Shown: positions 56,672 through 64,000 of the stretch, piece by piece
Layout of the letters: each line of letters starts with the position of its first letter
Position numbering within the stretch: the first letter of the stretch is position 1
Source: an uncultured Lachnospiraceae bacterium
GTDB lineage: Bacteria > Bacillota > Clostridia > Lachnospirales > Lachnospiraceae
Assembly: GCA_946623875.1 (NCBI GenBank)
Contig: CAMORO010000004.1
Coordinates: 2,997-66,996 of the forward strand
Direction: 5' to 3'
Length of the DNA: 64,000 nucleotides
Program-made: the position numbers and the translations under genes
The notes under the pieces: generated by a model
What the model was told of the DNA's origin: nothing
Database searches by the model: none
Seen by the model: only the letters and a program-made list of their open reading frames with translations

Positions 56672-57949
56672 ATGGTTAAAGCAATAGTAGGTGCCAACTG
56701 GGGTGATGAAGGAAAGGGCAAGATGACGGATATGCTTGCTCAGGAATCCGATATTGTCGTACGTTTTCAGGGCGGCGCGAATGCGGGGCATACAATTGTT
56801 AACAAATACGGGAAATTCGCGCTTCATACACTCCCTTCGGGTGTGTTTAACGAAAATGTAACGAGTATAATAGGAAACGGTGTTGCACTTAACATACCGA
56901 TCCTTTTTAAGGAGATTGAAGATATCACGTCCAAGGGCGTACCGATGCCCAAGCTTCTTATTTCGAACAGGGCACAGATTGTAATGCCTTATCATATCGA
57001 CCTTGATACATATGAAGAAGCGAGGCTTGCAGGTAAGTCATTCGGTTCCACCAAATCGGGAATAGCTCCTTTTTATTCGGACAAATACGCTAAGATCGGC
57101 TTTCAGGTCAGTGAACTCTTTGAGGATGAGGATGCTCTGAGGGAAAAGATTGCAAGAGTAAGTGCGATCAAAAATGTAATGCTTCAGTATCTTTACAATA
57201 AACCGCTGATAAACGAGGATGATCTGTATAGTACTCTTATGGAATATAAGAAAATGATCGAACCGTACGTCTGCGATACATCGCTTTATCTTTGGAATGC
57301 ACTTAAGGAAGACAGGAATATCCTGCTTGAGGGACAGCTCGGTTCGCTTAAGGATCCCGATCACGGTATTTATCCCATGGTCACATCATCATCAACACTT
57401 GCTGCTTACGGTGCGATAGGAGCGGGACTGCCTCCGTATGAGATCAAGCAGATAATTACGGTATGTAAGGCGTATTCATCGGCAGTAGGCGCGGGTGCCT
57501 TTGTTTCTGAGATATTCGGAGACGAGGCCGATGAGCTCAGAAGACGCGGAGGAGACGGAGGTGAATTCGGAGCCACAACCGGAAGACCCAGACGTATGGG
57601 GTGGTTTGACTGTGTCGCAAGTAAGTACGGATGCCGTATTCAGGGGACAACGGATGTTGCATTTACGGTTCTTGACGTTCTTGGCTATCTTGATGAGATC
57701 CCGGTATGTACGGGTTATGAGATCGACGGAGAGGTTACGACAGATTTCCCCGTTACTTCACTGCTTGAGAAGGCAAAGCCTGTTCTTGAGGTTCTGCCGG
57801 GTTGGAAGTGCGATATAAGGGGAATAAAGAAATACGGTGATCTTCCAAAGAACTGCCGGAAATATATTGAATTTATCGAGGAGAGGATTGGTTTCCCCAT
57901 TACAATGGTTTCCAATGGTCCTTCAAGGGATGATATTATTTACAGATAA
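56672..57949 (+). CDS. purA: Adenylosuccinate synthetase
   Basis: GANWGDEGKGK, GGANAGHT and TTGRPRRMGWFD. ATG 56672 follows GGAGG. The listed 56645 is upstream in frame. Confidence 0.95.
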   Translation: MVKAIVGANWGDEGKGKMTDMLAQESDIVVRFQGGANAGHTIVNKYGKFALHTLPSGVFNENVTSIIGNGVALNIPILFKEIEDITSKGVPMPKLLISNRAQIVMPYHIDLDTYEEARLAGKSFGSTKSGIAPFYSDKYAKIGFQVSELFEDEDALREKIARVSAIKNVMLQYLYNKPLINEDDLYSTLMEYKKMIEPYVCDTSLYLWNALKEDRNILLEGQLGSLKDPDHGIYPMVTSSSTLAAYGAIGAGLPPYEIKQIITVCKAYSSAVGAGAFVSEIFGDEADELRRRGGDGGEFGATTGRPRRMGWFDCVASKYGCRIQGTTDVAFTVLDVLGYLDEIPVCTGYEIDGEVTTDFPVTSLLEKAKPVLEVLPGWKCDIRGIKKYGDLPKNCRKYIEFIEERIGFPITMVSNGPSRDDIIYR

Positions 57950-57979
57950 TGCCCGCGCTTAAGGGGAAGGGGTTATTTA

Positions 57980-59095
57980 ATGCTGTTAAGGGCGCTTAAT
58001 GATATATGGATTGCTTTGCGGAGCTTCGACGAACAGGCGTTGAGCTTTTCCGGCAGGGCAGTCCTTATATATATTATTTACATATTGATCAGGAATGTTT
58101 CAAAGAAGATTCGTAAGAAGAAGTGTGACAGTGTGATACAGATAATACTGTCTGTATGCGTTGCTTCGGTTCTGTTTGTCTATCTTTCATATCTTATATC
58201 GCTTACTTTGTCCGGGCGTGAGGCCGGGAGCAGGGATACGCGGGTTGATCTTGAGATATTCGGAACGTGGAAACCGGATGGTACACTGTCTGATTTTGCG
58301 CTCGAAAACGTGCTTCTGTTTATCCCCTTTGGTATGATAGTGCCCTTAAAGAGCCGTTTCTTTAAGAAATGGTGGAACCTTGTTCTGATGGCGTTCATCT
58401 TAAGCGTGCTTATAGAGATCACGCAGCTTGTCACAAGACGCGGGTATTTCGAGATAGATGACATACTGCTAAATACCGGAGGCGCTGTACTCGGGTATAT
58501 GGTATTTTGGGCGATCTATCACAGCTATATAGCGTTTAAGCACGAATCACAGCTTCCGCTCAGCGTACATGAACAGAAGCTTAACCGGATAACGGTATTG
58601 GCAATACAGCTTCTTCCCGTGATCCTTTGTATCATGCTCATATACGGCTTCGGCAGTGATGATGCCGACCAGTCGGGTGAACTGAGCAGATTTGTTACGG
58701 AGAAGCTTCTTTATATTATAAATAAGGTCATGCGTTACAACTGGACGGCAGAGAAGATAGGGAAAATGGTCCCTTTATATGAGGGATATGTAAGAAAGGG
58801 AGCGCATTTTACCGAATACGGTCTGCTCACAATGTTTACATTTGTGTTCCTGTATTGCAGAAGACTGAAAAATTTATTTTCTTTTCTGATATCGTTTGTA
58901 CTGGCTGCCGTTCTTGCTGTTGCGGACGAAATCAACCAGGGGTTCGTGGAAGGAAGGAACAGTTCGTTCAGGGATGTCTGTATTGATTGCCTGGGCTCAC
59001 TTACAGTTCTGTTTATTATTTTTATCATACTGGCTTTGATAAGGTTTTACAATGCGCACAGAAAAGTTAAAGAGACAATGAACGTATTCAGATGA
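57980..59095 (+). CDS. VanZ-like family membrane protein (two VanZ-like halves)
   Basis: [10 protein letters not shown] ... [28 protein letters not shown] in the first half, and HFTEYGLL ... [21 protein letters not shown] in the second. Confidence 0.7.
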   Translation: MLLRALNDIWIALRSFDEQALSFSGRAVLIYIIYILIRNVSKKIRKKKCDSVIQIILSVCVASVLFVYLSYLISLTLSGREAGSRDTRVDLEIFGTWKPDGTLSDFALENVLLFIPFGMIVPLKSRFFKKWWNLVLMAFILSVLIEITQLVTRRGYFEIDDILLNTGGAVLGYMVFWAIYHSYIAFKHESQLPLSVHEQKLNRITVLAIQLLPVILCIMLIYGFGSDDADQSGELSRFVTEKLLYIINKVMRYNWTAEKIGKMVPLYEGYVRKGAHFTEYGLLTMFTFVFLYCRRLKNLFSFLISFVLAAVLAVADEINQGFVEGRNSSFRDVCIDCLGSLTVLFIIFIILALIRFYNAHRKVKETMNVFR

Positions 59096-59108
59096 AAACG
59101 GAGGATTT

Positions 59109-60926
59109 ATGTCAACTATAGACCGGAGTAAGATAAGGAATTTCTGCATAATCGCACATATTGATCATGGCAAGTCCACCCTTGCGGACAGGATAATCGA
59201 GAGTACGGGCCTGCTCACGAGCCGGGAAATGCAGGCTCAGGTCCTTGATAATATGGATCTTGAACGCGAGCGCGGTATTACGATCAAGTCACAGGCGGTA
59301 CGCACAGTGTATAAAGCAAAGAACGGTGAGGAGTATATCTTTAATCTGATCGATACACCGGGACATGTTGATTTCAACTATGAGGTTTCAAGGTCTCTTG
59401 CGGCCTGCGACGGTGCGATCCTCGTCGTTGATGCCGCACAGGGGATAGAGGCTCAGACGCTGGCAAACGTGTATCTTGCGCTTGATCATGATCTTGATGT
59501 GTTCCCTGTAATAAATAAGATAGATCTTCCAAGTGCCGAGCCTGACCGTGTGGTTAATGAGATAGAGGACGTGATCGGGATTGAAGCTCAGGACGCCCCC
59601 AGGATATCGGCCAAGAACGGCATAGGAATAGATGAAGTACTTGAAAAGATTGTTGACAAGATACCGGCGCCTTTGGGAGATCCCGACAAACCGCTTAAGG
59701 CGCTGATCTTTGATTCACTATACGATTCGTATAAGGGAGCGATAGCTTTTGTACGTCTCGTCGATGGTAAGGTCAGCAAGGGAACCCCGATAAGGATGAT
59801 GGCGACAGGAGCTACGGCAGAGGTTGTTGAGGTAGGATATTTCGGAGCGGGGCAGTTCATACCGTGTGATGAGCTTTCGGCCGGAATGGTAGGTTATATA
59901 ACCGCGAGCATTAAAAATGTCAGGGATACGGCGGTCGGCGATACAATAACCAACTCCGCTGTGCCCTGTGATGAAGCTCTCCCGGGTTACAAGAAGGTGC
60001 TTTCCATGGTTTACTGCGGAATGTATCCTGCTGACGGAGCGAAGTACCCTGATCTTCGTGATGCTCTCGAGAAGCTGCAGCTTAATGATGCTTCTCTTAA
60101 TTACGAGCCTGAGACATCGATAGCCTTAGGCTTTGGCTTCAGATGCGGATTTCTGGGTCTTCTGCATCTTGAAGTCGTACAGGAGAGGCTTGAAAGAGAA
60201 TACAATCTCGATCTTGTTACTACGGCTCCGGGCGTTATATACAAGGTTCATAAGTTAAACGGTGAGCTTATTGAACTGACCAATCCCTCCAATCTTCCGG
60301 ATCCGGCTGAGATCGATTACATGGAGGAGCCGATAGTTAATGCGGAAATAATGGTGACAAAGGATTTCGTTGGTCCGATAATGGAACTGTGTCAGGAAAG
60401 ACGAGGCAGGTATATCAGTATGGAGTATATGGAGGAAACAAGGGCTCTACTGAAATACGAATTGCCGTTAAACGAGATAATATATGATTTTTTTGATGCA
60501 TTAAAGTCAAGATCCCGGGGCTATGCTTCGTTTGACTACGAAATGAAGGGATACGAAAAGGCGGATCTTGTGAAGCTTGATATCCTTATAAACAGAGAGG
60601 AAGTTGATGCCCTCAGCTTCATCGTTCATGCCGACAGTGCCTACGAGAGGGGACGCAGGATGTGTGAGCGCCTTAAGGAAGAAATTCCGAGACATCTGTT
60701 TGAAATACCCATCCAGGCTGCTATCGGAAGTAAGATAATTGCAAGGGAAACGGTTAAGGCAATGCGTAAGGATGTTCTTGCCAAGTGTTACGGCGGAGAT
60801 ATCACACGAAAGAAAAAGCTGCTTGAAAAGCAGAAAGAGGGTAAGAAGAGGATGCGCCAGATAGGTAATGTGGAAATACCTCAGAAGGCCTTTATGAGTG
60901 TTCTCAAGCTGGATGAGGATAAGTGA
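59109..60926 (+). CDS. lepA: Elongation factor 4 (LepA)
   Basis: [24 protein letters not shown], and the LepA-specific C-terminal domain. Confidence 0.97.
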   Translation: MSTIDRSKIRNFCIIAHIDHGKSTLADRIIESTGLLTSREMQAQVLDNMDLERERGITIKSQAVRTVYKAKNGEEYIFNLIDTPGHVDFNYEVSRSLAACDGAILVVDAAQGIEAQTLANVYLALDHDLDVFPVINKIDLPSAEPDRVVNEIEDVIGIEAQDAPRISAKNGIGIDEVLEKIVDKIPAPLGDPDKPLKALIFDSLYDSYKGAIAFVRLVDGKVSKGTPIRMMATGATAEVVEVGYFGAGQFIPCDELSAGMVGYITASIKNVRDTAVGDTITNSAVPCDEALPGYKKVLSMVYCGMYPADGAKYPDLRDALEKLQLNDASLNYEPETSIALGFGFRCGFLGLLHLEVVQERLEREYNLDLVTTAPGVIYKVHKLNGELIELTNPSNLPDPAEIDYMEEPIVNAEIMVTKDFVGPIMELCQERRGRYISMEYMEETRALLKYELPLNEIIYDFFDALKSRSRGYASFDYEMKGYEKADLVKLDILINREEVDALSFIVHADSAYERGRRMCERLKEEIPRHLFEIPIQAAIGSKIIARETVKAMRKDVLAKCYGGDITRKKKLLEKQKEGKKRMRQIGNVEIPQKAFMSVLKLDEDK

Positions 60927-60948
60927 TTTGTGTGGCCTGAACTGTGCA

Positions 60949-60975
60949 TATACAAGATATTGTATGGAATTTTTT
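60949..60975 (+). terminator. Weak AT-rich hairpin plus T run after lepA
   Basis: atacaa / ttgtat stem (6-7 bp) with a 4-nt loop, followed by gaatttttt. Confidence 0.4.
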
Positions 60976-60993
60976 CGGTAATTAAAATTATTC

Positions 60994-61011
60994 AATTAAA
61001 TCCGATTAATT
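60994..61011. repeat. 18-mer AATTAAATCCGATTAATT (site A), near-identical to the palindrome at 62233-62250
   Basis: Read directly. It sits 13 bp upstream of the -35 of the repeat-protein promoter. Confidence 0.6.
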
Positions 61012-61023
61012 TTTTATTTTCAC

Positions 61024-61052
61024 TTTACATAACTGTGTTATGTATATATAAT
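61024..61052 (+). promoter_or_regulatory. Promoter of the repeat-protein gene (TTTACA-17-TATAAT)
   Basis: TTTACA at 61024-61029, a 17-nt spacer, then TATAAT at 61047-61052. Confidence 0.55.
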
Positions 61053-61138
61053 TATCCTTAATTTATTAAATTTATAAAAACTTCGAAGTTTGCTAATTAT
61101 TATTTTATTATTGTTCAGTATTGAAAGGAGATACTATT

Positions 61139-62077
61139 ATGAAGAAGATGGAAATGAGTAAGATGATCAAGGCTATTGTTTCAGGTGTGGCAGTAGCAGT
61201 TGCGGGTTTGTTTATTGCGGCATCACCGGTAAAGGCAGATGTTATTTCGGAAGCACAGGCCGGATATGAGAAAGGAATGGCTTATCTTATTTCCACTCAG
61301 GTTGATCCCTCGAATTCGGCGGTTATTTCGGAAGCACAGTCGGGTTATGAGAGAGGAATGGCATATCTTCAGTCAATACAGGCATCAACTGTAGCAGCAG
61401 CAATAGAAACAGACAGACAGGCACAGGCAGGTTATGATGCGGGAATGGCATATCTGCAGTCGATCGAGAAGGCTACGGCCGCCGCTGCTGCCGAGAGAGA
61501 CCGTCAGGCTCTTGACGGACTTGTAAGAGGTCAGGCATATCTACAGTCAATAAAGGAAGCTACGGCTGCTGCCGCGGCTGCAAGAGACAAAGAGGTGATG
61601 GAAGGCCTTAAGCGTGAGAAAGCTTATCTTGAGTCTATTGCCGATGCTACCGCCAAGGCTGCAAAGGACAGAGACGAAAAGGCGCTGGACGGTGCTTTGA
61701 GAGGGATTGCTTATCTTGAGAAGGTTAATCCCTCATTAGTTCCGAAGGCTCAGGCCGATGTCAAAAGAGGTATGGAGTATCTCTACTCTATAAATCAGGC
61801 TACAGCAACGGCCAATTATAATGGTCTGGTTGCGTTCGAGAAGGATGCCGCAAGAGAGATGGCGTACCTTGATTCGATCAACAGGGCTACCGCAGCAGCT
61901 TTCGCCGAGACGGAACGTCAGGCTAATTCGGGTGCTGAGAGAGGTCTTAAATATCTTGACTCCATCAACAGAAGCACTGCTGCTTCGATAGCCAACACAA
62001 AGGCTCAGGCACAGAGCGGTTATGAGAGAGGCATGGCTTATCTTAAGTCTATCCATGCTTCAGTGGGAGCACCCTAA
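61139..62077 (+). CDS. Secreted protein built from about ten degenerate 22-33-aa Ala-rich repeats (motif G-x-x-Y-L-x-S-I)
   Basis: ATG 61139 follows AAAGGAG. Signal peptide MKKMEMSKMIKAIVSGVAVAVAGLFIAASPVKA. The repeats resemble AQAGYERGMAYLQSI..ATAAAAAERDRQ. Confidence 0.8.
   Translation: MKKMEMSKMIKAIVSGVAVAVAGLFIAASPVKADVISEAQAGYEKGMAYLISTQVDPSNSAVISEAQSGYERGMAYLQSIQASTVAAAIETDRQAQAGYDAGMAYLQSIEKATAAAAAERDRQALDGLVRGQAYLQSIKEATAAAAAARDKEVMEGLKREKAYLESIADATAKAAKDRDEKALDGALRGIAYLEKVNPSLVPKAQADVKRGMEYLYSINQATATANYNGLVAFEKDAAREMAYLDSINRATAAAFAETERQANSGAERGLKYLDSINRSTAASIANTKAQAQSGYERGMAYLKSIHASVGAP
61238..62056 (+). repeat. In-frame degenerate tandem repeats (about 66-99 nt units) within the repeat-protein gene
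   Basis: The recurrent DNA core gg(t/a)tatga(g/t)a(g/a)agg(a/c)atggc(a/t)tatct appears about 10 times at the protein level. Confidence 0.7.
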
Positions 62078-62232
62078 GCTTTTAAGGAATTAGTAAAAGA
62101 TATATTATGTAAGTTTTTTGATCAGTCTGTAAGTAAGTTTTTTGAATTTTTAATTGATTTTGATTTTGGTTCAATTTTAGTATCAGTTTCAGTACAGCAA
62201 TAAAGTTAAGTGTTTATATAGTATATTTAAAT

Positions 62233-62250
62233 AATTAATCCGGATTAATT
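62233..62250. promoter_or_regulatory. Perfect 18-bp palindrome AATTAATCCGGATTAATT abutting the hemW start codon (site B)
   Basis: Read directly. It ends 1 nt before ATG 62252, and hemW has no obvious SD. Confidence 0.6.
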
Positions 62251-62251
62251 A

Positions 62252-63406
62252 ATGCATCTGCTTGGCTTATATATACACATACCATTTTGTAAGAGGAAAT
62301 GTAATTATTGTGATTTCCTGTCCGTGAACGCAGATGAGGATGTGAAAAAAGCTTATGTAGAGGCGCTTGTACAAGAGATCAGTAATTGGAAAGATAAATA
62401 CAGGTATGGGAACAGGGAGTATTCGGTGAAGACGATATATATCGGAGGCGGAACTCCAAGTGTTCTCATACCTTGTTGTATCCAAAATATACTTGGCGCC
62501 GTAGAAGATGAATTCAACCTTGATCTGAATGCCATGCCGGATATTGAGGTTACTGTTGAGGTCAATCCCGGAACCGTTGACAAAGATAAGCTTAAGATAT
62601 ACAGGGAAGCCGGGATCAACAGGCTGAGTATCGGCCTGCAGTCGGTCAATGACAATGAATTGAAGCTGCTTGGCCGTATTCACGGCTTTGATGATTTCCT
62701 TCGTACTTATGAAGCTGCAAGGCAATGCGGATTTGATAATATTAACGCAGATGTGATGACCGCTATACCGGGACAGACGATGAGCTCGCTTAAACATACT
62801 CTTGATGTTGTTTGCGCGCTTAAGCCTGAACATATATCGGCATACAGCCTCATTCTGGAAGAAGGGACACCGTTTTATGAGAAATATCCCGATAAAGAGT
62901 GTCTTTTCAGTGAAGATGAGGAAAGGGAAATGTATTGGTACACAGTCTCCTTTCTTAAAGAGCATGGGTATAACAGATATGAAATATCCAATTTCTCCCG
63001 GAAGGGATTTGAAAGCAGACACAATACATCTTATTGGAGACGTACCGAATATATCGGATTTGGAGCAGGTGCCTCGTCTTTTATAAACGGGATAAGGTAC
63101 AAGAATACGTCGGATATTGGCAAATATACGGATTATCCCGTGTCGGATAAGTATTTCGATGAATACATCAGGCTTGATGAGCAGGATATGATAGAGGAGT
63201 TCATGTTACTCGGACTGCGAATGAGCGAAGGTGTATCCGAATATGAATTTATGGAGCAGTTCGGCATTGAATTGAGCCGGATGTACGGTGAAGAGATCGG
63301 GAAGCTTCTCGAAGAAGGCCTGATATCAAAAGAAGCCGGAAAAATATATCTGACGGATAAAGGTATTGATTACGGGAATTACGTTTTTTCAAGATTCTTA
63401 AAGTAA
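62252..63406 (+). CDS. hemW: Radical SAM heme chaperone HemW (HemN-like, oxygen-independent coproporphyrinogen oxidase family)
   Basis: LYIHIPFCKRKCNYCDF (CxxxCxxC), the GGGTPS motif, and a HemN_C-like C-terminus. The conserved position after lepA also fits. Confidence 0.9.
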   Translation: MHLLGLYIHIPFCKRKCNYCDFLSVNADEDVKKAYVEALVQEISNWKDKYRYGNREYSVKTIYIGGGTPSVLIPCCIQNILGAVEDEFNLDLNAMPDIEVTVEVNPGTVDKDKLKIYREAGINRLSIGLQSVNDNELKLLGRIHGFDDFLRTYEAARQCGFDNINADVMTAIPGQTMSSLKHTLDVVCALKPEHISAYSLILEEGTPFYEKYPDKECLFSEDEEREMYWYTVSFLKEHGYNRYEISNFSRKGFESRHNTSYWRRTEYIGFGAGASSFINGIRYKNTSDIGKYTDYPVSDKYFDEYIRLDEQDMIEEFMLLGLRMSEGVSEYEFMEQFGIELSRMYGEEIGKLLEEGLISKEAGKIYLTDKGIDYGNYVFSRFLK

Positions 63407-63415
63407 ATCAGGCGG

Positions 63416-63452
63416 CCTGTGTGTAATGTTCATTCGCACAGGTCACTTTTTT
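63416..63452 (+). terminator. hemW terminator
   Basis: cctgtgtg / cgcacagg stem (8 bp, one G-U) with an 11-nt loop, followed by tcactttttt. Confidence 0.6.
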
Positions 63453-63473
63453 GTTTGAAAATTACACAATATG

Positions 63474-63502
63474 TTGTTGTTTGCCCTGAAATTTTGTATA
63501 AT
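63474..63502 (+). promoter_or_regulatory. Promoter with extended -10 (TTGTTG-17-TATAAT, with TG at -15/-14)
   Basis: TTGTTG at 63474-63479 and TGTATAAT at 63495-63502. Confidence 0.45.
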
Positions 63503-63537
63503 ATTTGCTATACATGACAACCAAGCGAGGGCAGACA

Positions 63538-64000
63538 ATGAAAAAGCTTAATATGAGTCCTTTCGGACATAAGGCAGATCTTAACGAAGTAATAGTATTT
63601 GAATATGATTTGAATTGTGATGTTATTACTTTTTCGGATAACATTGACAAATATATCCCCCAGTCACATAGCATTTCTTCATTTGTAGATAATATAAGTG
63701 TCAGAGGAAAGATCCATAATGATGATATAAAAAAGGCGATCTCCTTTTTTACACAGAGGCCTGTGGACGGGAAGGTAAAGATGGAGTACTTAAGATTCCT
63801 TGATTTTTCCGGGGAATTTCTGTGGTATCAGCTAAAGGGCAGGGTCAGGAATCCCGATGAGTATGAACTTGACGACAATGTGCTGTACGGCACTATGACA
63901 TATATCGATGATGAAAAGAAGCATTCGAGTGACGAACTTGAGATAAACAGAGACAGTCTGACTCATGTTTATAACAAAGCGGCTATTTTGAGGCTGACAG
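63538..64000 (+). CDS. Sensor-domain protein running into a GGDEF domain (3' truncated by window edge)
   Basis: This ORF is not in the supplied track because it has no stop within the window. It reads MKKLNMSPFGHKADLNEVIVFEYD... to ...NRDSLTHVYNKAAILRLT. The last segment resembles the DxLTGLxNR start of GGDEF domains. RBS GCGAGGG upstream. Confidence 0.6.
   Translation, partial: MKKLNMSPFGHKADLNEVIVFEYDLNCDVITFSDNIDKYIPQSHSISSFVDNISVRGKIHNDDIKKAISFFTQRPVDGKVKMEYLRFLDFSGEFLWYQLKGRVRNPDEYELDDNVLYGTMTYIDDEKKHSSDELEINRDSLTHVYNKAAILRLT

Noticed and set aside
1-64000. tRNA, rRNA, CRISPR arrays, IS elements and integrons
   Set aside because: Intergenic space is too small everywhere except 36849-37582, 42671-42957, 30945-31196 and 60927-62251. 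None of these shows cloverleaf T-arm/acceptor features, regularly spaced direct repeats, terminal inverted repeats or a transposase ORF.

Overview
The window looks like a core chromosomal segment of a Firmicutes/Clostridia genome, probably Lachnospiraceae-like. That placement is an inference from three things: the gene order (DUF512-der-plsY-gpsA; comEA...comEC-holA; lepA...hemW), about 43-45% GC, and AGG/AGA arginine usage. By my gene calls about 94% is coding, with roughly 50 CDS, mostly on the + strand.

Recognisable housekeeping blocks:
- anaerobic RNR plus dUTPase (nrdD-nrdG-dut)
- der-plsY-gpsA
- argB-argD
- htrA
- comEA, a two-component system, a GerMN lipoprotein, comEC and holA
- glyA, thyA
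- ilvE-iorAB
- purB-purA
- lepA, hemW

I saw no rRNA, tRNA, CRISPR array, transposase or integrase.

Features worth a second look:
1. A 7-kb, four-gene operon of uncharacterised proteins at 47.5-54.6 kb. It encodes a 1188-aa protein, a degenerate Hsp70-like protein, a TPR-like protein and a coiled-coil membrane protein.
2. The only large gene-free gap (36.85-37.58 kb). It carries an A-tract/UP-like block, a perfect consensus promoter, about 435 nt with no ORF, and a terminator. I could not match this candidate large ncRNA to RNase P, tmRNA, SRP or 6S RNA.
3. A DUF4145-like / pseudokinase / tandem-FHA protein.
4. An AP2 / degenerate-HNH / AP2 DNA-binding protein next to a WYL regulator that sits upstream of nrdDG.
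5. An MBOAT-DHHW-SGNH-DUF4358 acylation module.
6. A secreted protein of about ten 30-aa repeats, inserted between lepA and hemW and bracketed by near-identical 18-mers.

All family assignments come from motif recognition by eye. No database search was run.
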